From NCBI GenBank assembly GCA_964057225.1, contig OZ059900.1, positions 23,684,001 to 23,748,000 on the forward strand: 64,000 nucleotides of DNA. Direction: 5' to 3'. This document shows positions 12,145 through 24,875 of this stretch, piece by piece. The notes beneath the pieces are model-generated. The model worked only from the letters and a program-made list of their open reading frames with translations, was not told the DNA's origin and did not search any database. Position 1 is the first letter of the stretch, and each line of letters starts with the position of its first letter. Source of the DNA: Auanema rhodensis. Its lineage: Eukaryota > Animalia > Nematoda. Position numbers and translations under genes: made by a program.

Positions 12145-14115
12145 TTTCATTGACTATGCATGAGTTTGAACACATGCAATCGTAAGTCAAAACTTTGTTT
12201 ACAGCGAAATTTTCAAAAACTGGTTTTCCAGCATAATAAAATATTTCTCATGGGAAATACTGTGTTTTTGTATTTTTCTAGTGTTCAGCATGTAAAATGC
12301 TTCATTTTAGTATGTAACACGCTGAAATTCGTTGCATTTGACGACTCATATGAACAAAAATCGATTTAATCAATATTAGCCATAAGGGGCGTGCCCTCAG
12401 AATATGCTAATTTCCTTAATTTTCTAACCCCTGTTTTTTTGTCGTGAAAGTGGAACTAGACGTTGTACGAACAATTTTGAGCTAGGTTTCATTGACATTG
12501 TATGAGTTTGAACACATGAAATCGTAAGTCAAAACCTTGTTTACAGCGAAATTTCCAAAAACTGGTTTTCCAGCTCAATAAAATATTTCTCATGGGAAAT
12601 ACTGTGTTTTTGTATTTTTCTAGTGTTCAGCATGTAAAATGCTTCATTTTAGTATGTAACACGCTGAAATTCGTTGCATTTGACGACTCATATGAACAAA
12701 AATCGATTTAATCAATATTAGCCATAAGGGGCGTGCCCTCAGAATATGCTAATTTCCTTAATTTTCTAACCCCTGTTTTTTTGTCGTGAAAGTGGAACTA
12801 GACGTTGTACGAACAATTTTGAGCTAGGTTTCATTGACATTGCATGAGTTTGAACACATGCAATCGTAAGTCAAAACTTTGTTTACAGCGAAATTTTCAA
12901 ACTGGTTTTCCAGCATAATAAAATATTTCTCATGGGAAATACTGTGTTTTTGTATTTTTCTAGTGTTCAGCATGTAAAATACTTCATTTTAGTATGTAAC
13001 ACGCTGAAATTCGTTGCACTTGACGACTCATATGAACAAAAATCGATTTAATCAATATTAGCCATAAGGGGCGTGCCCTCAGAATATGCTAATTTCCTAA
13101 ATTTTCTAACCCCTGTTTTTTTGTCGTGAAAGTGGAACTAGACGTTGTACGAACAATTTTGAGCTAGGTTTCATTGACATTGCATGAGTTTGAACACATG
13201 AAATCGTAAGTCATAACCTTGTTTACAGCGAAATTTCCAAAAACTGGTTTTCCAGCATAATAAAATATTTCTCATGGGAAATACTGTGTTTTTGTATTTT
13301 TCTAGTGTTCAGCATGTAAAATACTTCATTTTAGTATGTAACACGCTGAAATTCGTTGCATTTGACGACTTATATGAACAAAAATCGATTTAATCAATAT
13401 TAGCCATAAGGGGCGTGCCCTCAGAATATGCTAATTTCCTAAATTTTCTAACCCCTGTTTTTTTGTCGTGAAAGTGGAATTAGACGTTGTAGGAACAATT
13501 TTGAGCTAGGTTTCATTGACATTGCATGAGTTTGAACACATGAAATCGTAAGTCAAAACCTTGTTTACAGCGAAAATTCCAAAAACTGGTTTCCAGCATA
13601 ATAAAATATTTCTCATGGGAAATACTGTGTTTTTGTATTTTTCTAGTGTTCAGCATGTAAAATGCTTCATTTAAGTATGTAACACGCTGAAATTCGTTGC
13701 ATTTGACTACTCATATGAACAAAAATCGATTTAATCAATATTAGCCATAAGGGGCGTGCCCTCAGAATATGCTAATTTCCTTAATTTTCTAACCCCTGTT
13801 TTTTTGTCGTGAAAGTGGAACTAGACGTTGTACAAACAATTTTGAGCTAGGTTTCATTGACATTGCATGAGTTTGAACACATGAAATCGTAAGTCAAAAC
13901 CTTGTTTACAGCGAAATTTCCAAAAACTGGTTTTCCAGCATAATAAAATATTTCTCATGAGAAATACTGTGTTTTTGTATTTTTCTAGTGTTCAGCATGT
14001 AAAATGCTTCATTTTAGTATGTAACACGCTGAAATTCGTTGCATTTGACGACTCATATGAACAAAAATCGATTTAATCAATATTAGCCATAAGGGGCGTG
14101 CCCTCAGAATATGCT

Positions 14116-17100
14116 AAAACTGGTTTTCCAGCATAATAAAATATTTCTCATGGGAAATACTGTGTTTTTGTATTTTTCTAGTGTTCAGCATGTAAAATGC
14201 TTCATTTTAGTATGTAACACGCTGAAATTCGTTGCATTTGACGACTCATATGAACAAAAATCGATTTAATCAATATTAGCCATAAGGGGCGTGCCCTCAG
14301 AATATGCTAATTTCCTTAATTTTCTAACCCCTGTTTTTTTGTCGTGAAAGTGGAACTAGACGTTGTACGAACAATTTTGAGCTAGGTTTCATTGACATTG
14401 CATGAGTTTGAACACATGAAATCGTAAGTCAAAACCTTGTTTACAGCGAAATTTCCAAAAACTGGTTTTCCAGCATAATAAAATATTTCTCATGGGAAAT
14501 ACTGTGTTTTTGTATTTTTCTAGTGTTCAGCATGTAAAATGCTTCATTTTAGTATGTAACACGCTGAAATTCGTTGCATTTGACGACTCATATGAACAAA
14601 AATCGATTTAATCAATATTAGCCATAAGGGGCGTGCCCTCAGAATATGCTAAAACTGGTTTTCCAGCATAATAAAATATTTCTCATGGGAAATACTGTGT
14701 TTTTGTATTTTTCTAGTGTTCAGCATGTAAAATGCTTCATTTTAGTATGTAACACGCTGAAATTCGTTGCATTTGACGACTCATATGAACAAAAATCGAT
14801 TTAATCAATATTAGCCATAAGAGGCGTGCCCTCAGAATATGCTAATTTCCTTAATTTTCTAACCCCTGTTTTTTTGTCGTGAAAGTGGAACTAGACGTTG
14901 TACGAACAATTTTGAGCTAGGTTTCATTGACATTGCATGAGTTTGAACACATGAAATCGTAAGTCAAAACCTTGTTTACAGCGAAATTTCCAAGAACTGG
15001 TTTTCCAGCTCAATAAAATATTTCTCATGGGAAATACTGTGTTTTTGTATTTTTCTAGTGTTCAGCATGTAAAATGCTTCATTTTAGTATGTAACACGCT
15101 GAAATTCGTTGCATTTGACGACTCATATGAACAAAAATCGATTTAATCAATATTAGCCATAAGGGGCGTGCCCTCAGAATATGCTAATTTCCTTAATTTT
15201 CTAACCCCTGTTTTTTTGTCGTGAAAGTGGAATTAGACGTTGTACGAACAATTTTGAGCTAGGTTTCATTGACATTGCATGAGTTTGAACACATGAAATC
15301 GTAAGTCAAAACCTTGTTTACAGCGAAATTTCCAAAAACTGGTTTTCCAGCATAATAAAATATTTCTCATGGGAAATACTGTGTTTTTGTATTTTTCTAG
15401 TTTTCAGCATGTAAAATGCTTCATTTGAGTATGTAACACGCTGAAATTCGTTGCATTTGACGACTCATATGAACAAAAATCGATTTAATGAATATTAGCC
15501 ATAAGGGGCGTGCCCTCAGAATATGCTAATTTCCTTAATTTTCTAACCCCTGTTTTTTTGTCGTGAAAGTGGAACTAGACGTTGTACGAACAATTTTGAG
15601 CTAGGTTTCATTGACATTGCATGAGTTTGAACACATGAAATCGTAAGTCAAAACCTTGTTTACAGCGAAATTTCCAAAAACTGGTTTTCCAGCTCAATAA
15701 AATATTTCTCATGGGAAATACTGTGTTTTTGTATTTTTCTAGTGTTCAGCATGTAAAATGCTTCATTTTAGTATGTAACACGCTGAAATTCGTTGCATTT
15801 GACGACTCATATGAACAAAAATCGATTTAATCAATATTAGCCATAAGGGGCGTGCCCTCAGAATATGCTAAAACTGGTTTTCCAGCATAATAAAATATTT
15901 CTCATGGGAAATACTGTGTTTTTGTATTTTTCTAGTGTTCAGCATGTAAAATGCTTCATTTTAGTATGTAACACGCTGAAATTCGTTGCATTTGACGACT
16001 CATATGAACAAAAATCGATTTAATCAATATTAGCCATAAGGGGCGTGCCCTCAGAATATGCTAATTTCCTTAATTTTCTAACCCCTGTTTTTTTGTCGTG
16101 AAAGTGGAACTAGACGTTGTACGAACAATTTTGAGCTAGGTTTCATTGACATTGCATGAGTTTGAACACATGAAATCGTAAGTCAAAACCTTGTTTACAG
16201 CGAAATTTCCAAAAACTGGTTTTCCAGCTCAATAAAATATTTCTCATGGGAAATACTGTGTTTTTGTATTTTTCTAGTGTTCAGCATGTAAAATGCTTCA
16301 TTTTAGTATGTAACACGCTGAAATTCGTTGCATTTGACGACTCATATGAACAAAAATCGATTTAATCAATATTAGCCATAAGGGGCGTGCCCTCAGAATA
16401 TGCTAATTTCCTTAATTTTCTAACCCCTGTTTTTTTGTCGTGAAAGTGGAACTAGACGTTGTACGAACAATTTTGAGCTAGGTTTCATTGACATTGCATG
16501 AGTTTGAACACATGAAATCGTAAGTCAAAACCTTGTTTACAGCGAAATTTCCAAAAACTGGTTTTCCAGCATAATAAAATATTTCTCATGGGAAATACTG
16601 TGTTTTTGTATTTTTCTAGTGTTCAGCATGTAAAATGCTTCATTTTAGTATGTAACACGCTGAAATTCGTTGCATTTGACGACTCATATGAACAAAAATC
16701 GATTTAATCAATATTAGCCATAAGGGGCGTGCCCTCAGAATATGCTAATTTCCTTAATTTTCTAACCCCTGTTTTTTTGTCGTGAAAGTGGAACTAGACG
16801 TTGTACGAACAATTTTGAGCTAGGTTTCATTGACATTGCATGAGTTTGAACACATGAAATCGTAAGTCAAAACCTTGTTTACAGCGAAATTTCCAAAAAC
16901 TGGTTTTCCAGCATAATAAAATATTTCTCATGGGAAATACTGTGTTTTTGTATTTTTCTAGTGTTCAGCATGTAAAATGCTTCATTTTAGTATGTAACAC
17001 GCTGAAATTCGTTGCATTTGACGACTCATATGAACAAAAATCGATTTAATCAATATTAGCCATAAGGGGCGTGCCCTCAGAATATGCTAATTTCCTTAAT

Positions 17101-17623
17101 TTTCTAACCCCTGTTTTTTTGTCGTGAAAGTGGAACTAGACGTTGTACGAACAATTTTGAGCTAGGTTTCATTGACATTGCATGAGTTTGAACACATGAA
17201 ATCGTAAGTCAAAACCTTGTTTACAGCGAAATTTCCAAAAACTGGTTTTCCAGCTCAATAAAATATTTCTCATGGGAAATACTGTGTTTTTGTATTTTTC
17301 TAGTGTTCAGCATGTAAAATGCTTCATTTTAGTATGTAACACGCTGAAATTCGTTGCATTTGACGACTCATATGAACAAAAATCGATTTAATCAATATTA
17401 GCCATAAGGGGCGTGCCCTCAGAATATGCTAAAACTGGTTTTCCAGCATAATAAAATATTTCTCATGGGAAATACTGTGTTTTTGTATTTTTCTAGTGTT
17501 CAGCATGTAAAATGCTTCATTTTAGTATGTAACACGCTGAAATTCGTTGCATTTGACGACTCATATGAACAAAAATCGATTTAATCAATATTAGCCATAA
17601 GGGGCGTGCCCTCAGAATATGCT
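14116..17623 (+). repeat. Cluster of four 193-bp truncated satellite B units (149-bp deletion)
   Basis: Junction GCT-AAAACTGG at 14116, 14651, 15870, 17431. Spacings are 535, 1219 and 1561, i.e. 193 + 1, 3 and 4 x 342. Confidence 0.95.
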
Positions 17624-19403
17624 AATTTCCTTAATTTTCTAACCCCTGTTTTTTTGTCGTGAAAGTGGAACTAGACGTTGTACGAACAATTTTGAGCTAG
17701 GTTTCATTGACATTGCATGAGTTTGAACACATGAAATCGTAAGTCAAAACCTTGTTTACAGCGAAATTTCCAAAAACTGGTTTTCCAGCTCAATAAAATA
17801 TTTCTCATGGGAAATACTGTGTTTTTGTATTTTTCTAGTGTTCAGCATGTAAAATGCTTCATTTTAGTATGTAACACGCTGAAATTCGTTGCATTTGACG
17901 ACTCATATGAACAAAAATCGATTTAATCAATATTAGCCATAAGGGGCGTGCCCTCAGAATATGCTAATTTCCTTAATTTTCTAACCCCTGTTTTTTTGTC
18001 GTGAAAGTGGAACTAGACGTTGTACGAACAATTTTGAGCTAGGTTTCATTGACATTGCATGAGTTTGAACACATGCAATCGTAAGTCAAAACTTTGTTTA
18101 CAGCGAAATTTTCAAAAACTGGTTTTCCAGCATAATAAAATATTTCTCATGAGAAATACTGTGTTTTTGTATTTTTCTAGTGTTCAGCATGTAAAATGCT
18201 TCATTTTAGTATGTAACACGCTGAAATTCGTTGCATTTGACGACTCATATGAACAAAAATCGATTTAATCAATATTAGCCATAAGGGGCGTGCCTCAGAA
18301 TAAGCTAATTTCCTTAATTTTCTAACCCCTATTTTTTTGTCGTGAAAGTGGAACTAGACGTTGTACGAACAATTTTGAGCTAGGTTTCATTGACATTGCA
18401 TGAGTTTGAACACATGAAATCGTAAGTCAAAACCTTGTTTACAGCGAAATTTCCAAAAACTGGTTTTCCAGCATAATAAAATATTTCTCATGGGAAATAC
18501 TGTGTTTTTGTATTTTTCTAGTGTTCAGCATGTAAAATGCTTCATTTTAGTATGTAACACGCTGAAATTCGTTGCATTTGACGACTCATATGAACAAAAA
18601 TCGATTTAATCAATATTAGCCATAAGGGGCGTGCCCTCAGAATATGCTAATTTCCTTAATTTTCTAACCCTTGTTTTTTTGTCGTGAAAGTGGAACTAGA
18701 CGTTGTACGAACAATTTTGAGCTAGGTTTCATTGACATTGCATGAGTTTGAACACATGAAATCGTAAGTCAAAGCCTTGTTTACAGCGAAATTTCCAAAA
18801 ACTGGTTTTCCAGCATAATAAAATATTTCTCATGGGAAATACTGTGTTTTTGTATTTTTCTAGTGTTCAGCATGTAAAATGCTTCATTTGAGTATGTAAC
18901 ACGCTGAAATTCGTTGCATTTGACGACTCATATGAACAAAAATCGATTTAATCAATATTAGCCATAAGGGGCGTGCCCTCAGAATATGCTAATTTCCTTA
19001 ATTTTCTAACCCCTGTTTTTTTGTCGTGAAAGTGGAACTAGACGTTGTACGAACAATTTTGAGCTAGGTTTCATTGACATTGCATGAGTTTGAACACATG
19101 AAATCGTAAGTCAAAACCTTGTTTACAGCGAAATTTCCAAAAACTGGTTTTCCAGCTCAATAAAATATTTCTCATGGGAAATACTGTGTTTTTGTATTTT
19201 TCTAGTGTTCAGCATGTAAAATGCTTCATTTTAGTATGTAACACGCTGAAATTCGTTGCATTTGACGACTCATATGAACAAAAATCGATTTAATCAATAT
19301 TAGCCATAAGGGGCGTGCCCTCAGAATATGCTAATTTCCTTAATTTTCTAACCCCTGTTTTTTTGTCGTGAAAGTGGAACTAGACGTTGTACGAACAATT
19401 TTG

Positions 19404-22400
19404 AGCTAGGTTTCATTGACATTGCATGAGTTTGAACACATGCAATCGTAAGTCAAAACTTTGTTTACAGCGAAATTTTCAAAAACTGGTTTTCCAGCAT
19501 AATAAAATATTTCTCATGGGAAATACTGTGTTTTTGTATTTTTCTAGTGTTCAGCATGTAAAATGCTTCATTTTAGTATGTAACACGCTGAAATTCGTTG
19601 CATTTGACGACTCATATGAACAAAAATCGATTTAATCAATATTAGCCATAAGGGGCGTGCCTCAGAATAAGCTAATTTCCTTAATTTTCTAACCCCTGTT
19701 TTTTTGTCGTGAAAGTGGAACTAGACGTTGTACGAACAATTTTGAGCTAGGTTTCATTGACATTGCATGAGTTTGAACACATGAAATCGTAAGTCAAAAC
19801 CTTGTTTACAGCGAAATTTCCAAAAACTGGTTTTCCAGCATAATAAAATATTTCTCATGGGAAATACTGTGTTTTTGTATTTTTCTAGTGTTCAGCATGT
19901 AAAATGCTTCATTTTAGTATGTAACACGCTGAAATTCGTTGCATTTGACGACTCATATGAACAAAAATCGATTTAATCAATATTAGCCATAAGGGGCGTG
20001 CCCTCAGAATATGCTTATTTCCTTAATTTTCTAACCCCTGTTTTTTTGTCGTGAAAGTGGAACTAGACGTTGTACGAACAATTTTGAGCTAGGTTTCATT
20101 GACATTGCATGAGTTTGAACACATGAAATCGTAAGTCAAAACCTTGTTTACAGCGAAAATTCCAAAAACTGGTTTTCCAGCATAATAAAATATTTCTCAT
20201 GGGAAATACTGTGTTTTTGTATTTTTCTAGTGTTCAGCATGTAAAATGCTTCATTTTAGTATGTAACACGCTGAAATTCGTTGCATTTGACGACTCATAT
20301 GAACAAAAAATCGATTTAATCAATATTAGCCATAAGGGGCGTGCCCTCAGAATATGCTAATTTCCTTAATTTTCTAACCCCTGTTTTTTTGTCGTGAAAG
20401 TGGAACTAGACGTTGTACAAACAATTTTGAGCTAGGTTTCATTGACATTGCATGAGTTTGAACACATGAAATCGTAAGTCAAAACCTTGTTTACAGCGAA
20501 ATTTCCAAAAACTGGTTTTCCAGCATAATAAAATATTTCTCATGAGAAATACTGTGTTTTTGTATTTTTCTAGTGTTCAGCATGTAAAATGCTTCATTTT
20601 AGTATGTAACACGCTGAAATTCGTTGCATTTGACGACTCATATGAACAAAAATCGATTTAATCAATATTAGCCATAAGGGGCGTGCCCTCAGAATATGCT
20701 AATTTCCTTAATTTTCTAACCCCTGTTTTTTTGTCGTGAAAGTGGAACTAGACGTTGTACGAACAATTTTGAGCTAGGTTTCATTGACATTGCATGAGTT
20801 TGAACACATGAAATCGTAAGTCAAAACCTTGTTTACAGCGAAATTTCCAAAAACTGGTTTTCCAGCATAATAAAATATTTCTCATAGGAAATACTGTGTT
20901 TTTGTATTTTTCTAGTGTTCAGCATGTAAAATGCTTCATTTTAGTATGTAACACGCTGAAATTCGTTGCATTTGACGACTCATATGAACAAAAATCGATT
21001 TAATCAATATTAGCCATAAGGGGCGTGCCCTCAGAATATGCTAATTTCCTTAATTTTCTAACCCCTGTTTTTTTGTCGTGAAAGTGGAACTAGACGTTGT
21101 ACGAACAATTTTGAGCCAAGTTTCATTGACATTGCATGAGTTTGAACACATGAAATCGTAAGTCAAAACCTTGTTTACAGCGAAATTTCCAAAAACTGGT
21201 TTTCCAGCATAATAAAATATTTCTCATGGGAAATACTGTGTTTTTGTATTTTTCTAGTGTTCAGCATGTAAAATGCTTCATTTTAGTATGTAACACGCTG
21301 AAATTCGTTGCATTTGACGACTCATATGAACAAAAATCGATTTAATCAATATTAGCCATAAGGGGCGTGCCCTCAGAATATGCTAATTTCCTTAATTTTC
21401 TAACCCCTGTTTTTTTGTCGTGAAAGTGGAACTAGACGTTGTACGAACAATTTTGAGCTAGGTTTCATTGACATTGCATGAGTTTGAACACATGAAATCG
21501 TAAGTCAAAACCTTGTTTACAGCGAAATTTCCAAAAACTGGTTTTCCAGCATAATAAAATATTTCTCATGGGAAATACTGTGTTTTTGTATTTTTCTAGT
21601 GTTCAGCATGTAAAATGCTTCATTTTAGTATGTAACACGCTGAAATTCGTTGCATTTGACGACTCATATGAACAAAAATCGATTTAATCAATATTAGCCA
21701 TAAGGGGCGTGCCCTCAGAATATGCTAATTTCCTTAATTTTCTAACCCCTGTTTTTTTGTCGTGAAAGTGGAACTAGACGTTGTACAAACAATTTTGAGC
21801 TAGGTTTCATTGACATTGCATGAGTTTGAACACATGAAATCGTAAGTCAAAACCTTGTTTACAGCGAAATTTCCAAAAACTGGTTTTCCAGCATAATAAA
21901 ATATTTCTCATAGGAAATACTGTGTTTTTGTATTTTTCTAGTGTTCAGCATGTAAAATGCTTCATTTTAGTATGTAACACGCTGAAATTCGTTGCATTTG
22001 ACGACTCATATGAACAAAAATCGATTTAATCAATATTAGCCATAAGGGGCGTGCCCTCAGAATATGCTAATTTCCTTAATTTTCTAACCCCTGTTTTTTT
22101 GTCGTGAAAGTGGAACTAGACGTTGTACGAACAATTTTGAGCTAGGTTTCATTGACATTGCATGAGTTTGAACACATGCAATCGTAAGTCAAAACTTTGT
22201 TTACAGCGAAATTTTCAAAAACTGGTTTTCCAGCATAATAAAATATTTCTCATGGGAAATACTGTGTTTTTGTATTTTTCTAGTGTTCAGCATGTAAAAT
22301 GCTTCATTTTAGTATGTAACACGCTGAAATTCGTTGCATTTGACGACTCATATGAACAAAAATCGATTTAATCAATATTAGCCATAAGGGGCGTGCCTCA

Positions 22401-24875
22401 GAATAAGCTAATTTCCTTAATTTTCTAACCCCTGTTTTTTTGTCGTGAAAGTGGAACTAGACGTTGTACGAACAATTTTGAGCTAGGTTTCATTGACATT
22501 GCATGAGTTTGAACACATGAAATCGTAAGTCAAAACCTTGTTTACAGCGAAATTTCCAAAAACTGGTTTTCCAGCATAATAAAATATTTCTCATGGGAAA
22601 TACTGTGTTTTTGTATTTTTCTAGTGTTCAGCATGTAAAATGCTTCATTTTAGTATGTAACACGCTGAAATTCGTTGCATTTGACGACTCATATGAACAA
22701 AAATCGATTTAATCAATATTAGCCATAAGGGGCGTGCCCTCAGAATATGCTTATTTCCTTAATTTTCTAACCCCTGTTTTTTTGTCGTGAAAGTGGAACT
22801 AGACGTTGTACGAACAATTTTGAGCTAGGTTTCATTGACATTGCATGAGTTTGAACACATGAAATCGTAAGTCAAAACCTTGTTTACAGCGAAAATTCCA
22901 AAAACTGGTTTTCCAGCATAATAAAATATTTCTCATGGGAAATACTGTGTTTTTGTATTTTTCTAGTGTTCAGCATGTAAAATGCTTCATTTTAGTATGT
23001 AACACGCTGAAATTCGTTGCATTTGACGACTCATATGAACAAAAAATCGATTTAATCAATATTAGCCATAAGGGGCGTGCCCTCAGAATATGCTAATTTC
23101 CTTAATTTTCTAACCCCTGTTTTTTTGTCGTGAAAGTGGAACTAGACGTTGTACAAACAATTTTGAGCTAGGTTTCATTGACATTGCATGAGTTTGAACA
23201 CATGAAATCGTAAGTCAAAACCTTGTTTACAGCGAAATTTCCAAAAACTGGTTTTCCAGCATAATAAAATATTTCTCATGAGAAATACTGTGTTTTTGTA
23301 TTTTTCTAGTGTTCAGCATGTAAAATGCTTCATTTTAGTATGTAACACGCTGAAATTCGTTGCATTTGACGACTCATATGAACAAAAATCGATTTAATCA
23401 ATATTAGCCATAAGGGGCGTGCCCTCAGAATATGCTAATTTCCTTAATTTTCTAACCCCTGTTTTTTTGTCGTGAAAGTGGAACTAGACGTTGTACGAAC
23501 AATTTTGAGCTAGGTTTCATTGACATTGCATGAGTTTGAACACATGAAATCGTAAGTCAAAACCTTGTTTACAGCGAAATTTCCAAAAACTGGTTTTCCA
23601 GCATAATAAAATATTTCTCATAGGAAATACTGTGTTTTTGTATTTTTCTAGTGTTCAGCATGTAAAATGCTTCATTTTAGTATGTAACACGCTGAAATTC
23701 GTTGCATTTGACGACTCATATGAACAAAAATCGATTTAATCAATATTAGCCATAAGGGGCGTGCCCTCAGAATATGCTAATTTCCTTAATTTTCTAACCC
23801 CTGTTTTTTTGTCGTGAAAGTGGAACTAGACGTTGTACGAACAATTTTGAGCCAAGTTTCATTGACATTGCATGAGTTTGAACACATGAAATCGTAAGTC
23901 AAAACCTTGTTTACAGCGAAATTTCCAAAAACTGGTTTTCCAGCATAATAAAATATTTCTCATGGGAAATACTGTGTTTTTGTATTTTTCTAGTGTTCAG
24001 CATGTAAAATGCTTCATTTTAGTATGTAACACGCTGAAATTCGTTGCATTTGACGACTCATATGAACAAAAATCGATTTAATCAATATTAGCCATAAGGG
24101 GCGTGCCCTCAGAATATGCTAATTTCCTTAATTTTCTAACCCCTGTTTTTTTGTCGTGAAAGTGGAACTAGACGTTGTACGAACAATTTTGAGCTAGGTT
24201 TCATTGACATTGCATGAGTTTGAACACATGAAATCGTAAGTCAAAACCTTGTTTACAGCGAAATTTCCAAAAACTGGTTTTCCAGCATAATAAAATATTT
24301 CTCATGGGAAATACTGTGTTTTTGTATTTTTCTAGTGTTCAGCATGTAAAATGCTTCATTTTAGTATGTAACACGCTGAAATTCGTTGCATTTGACGACT
24401 CATATGAACAAAAATCGATTTAATCAATATTAGCCATAAGGGGCGTGCCCTCAGAATATGCTAATTTCCTTAATTTTCTAACCCCTGTTTTTTTGTCGTG
24501 AAAGTGGAACTAGACGTTGTACGAACAATTTTGAGCTAGGTTTCATTGACATTGCATGAGTTTGAACACATGAAATCGTAAGTCAAAACCTTGTTTACAG
24601 CGAAATTTCCAAAAACTGGTTTTCCAGCATAATAAAATATTTCTCATGGGAAATACTGTGTTTTTGTATTCTTTTAGTGTTCAGCATGTAAAATTCTTCA
24701 TGTTAGTATGTAACACGCTGAAATTCGTTGCATTTGACGACTCATATGAACAAAAATCGATTTAATCAATATTAGCCATAAGGGGCGTGCCCTCAGAATA
24801 TGCTAATTTCCTTAATTTTCTAACCCCTGTTTTTTTGTCGTGAAAGTGGAACTAGACGTTGTACAAACAATTTTG
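19404..24875 (+). repeat. Satellite B 8-monomer tandem duplication (2736 bp x 2)
   Basis: Variants recur at +2736: TGCAAT haplotype 19426/22162, ATGCTTATTT 20011/22747, GAACAAAAAA 20301/23037, GAGCCAAG 21113/23849. Confidence 0.9.

Noticed and set aside
12125-12240. Common ancestry of satellites A and B (CTGTTTCCAG vs CTGGTTTTCCAG; ATGAACA in both)
   Set aside because: Only short words in AT-rich sequence are shared, with no extended collinear similarity visible.
12327-12343. CENP-B-box-like ATTCGTTGCATTTGACG in each B monomer
   Set aside because: It matches TTCG....A but has TGAC in place of CGGG, so only 6 of the 9 core positions match and binding is not expected.
12138-12479. Bacterial promoter/terminator-like motifs (TTGACA, hairpins, T-tracts) or tRNA/5S genes in the monomers
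   Set aside because: There is no downstream gene, cloverleaf or recognisable rRNA/snRNA sequence, and such motifs are expected by chance in AT-rich repeats.
12160-22371. Four 69-aa ORFs (12160, 18059, 19426, 22162)
   Set aside because: The consensus reads ATG AGT TTG AAC ACA TGA. The ORF exists only where TGA has become TGC, and a fifth such copy (~12844) is frameshifted. No domain is recognisable, so this is a chance ORF in satellite DNA.
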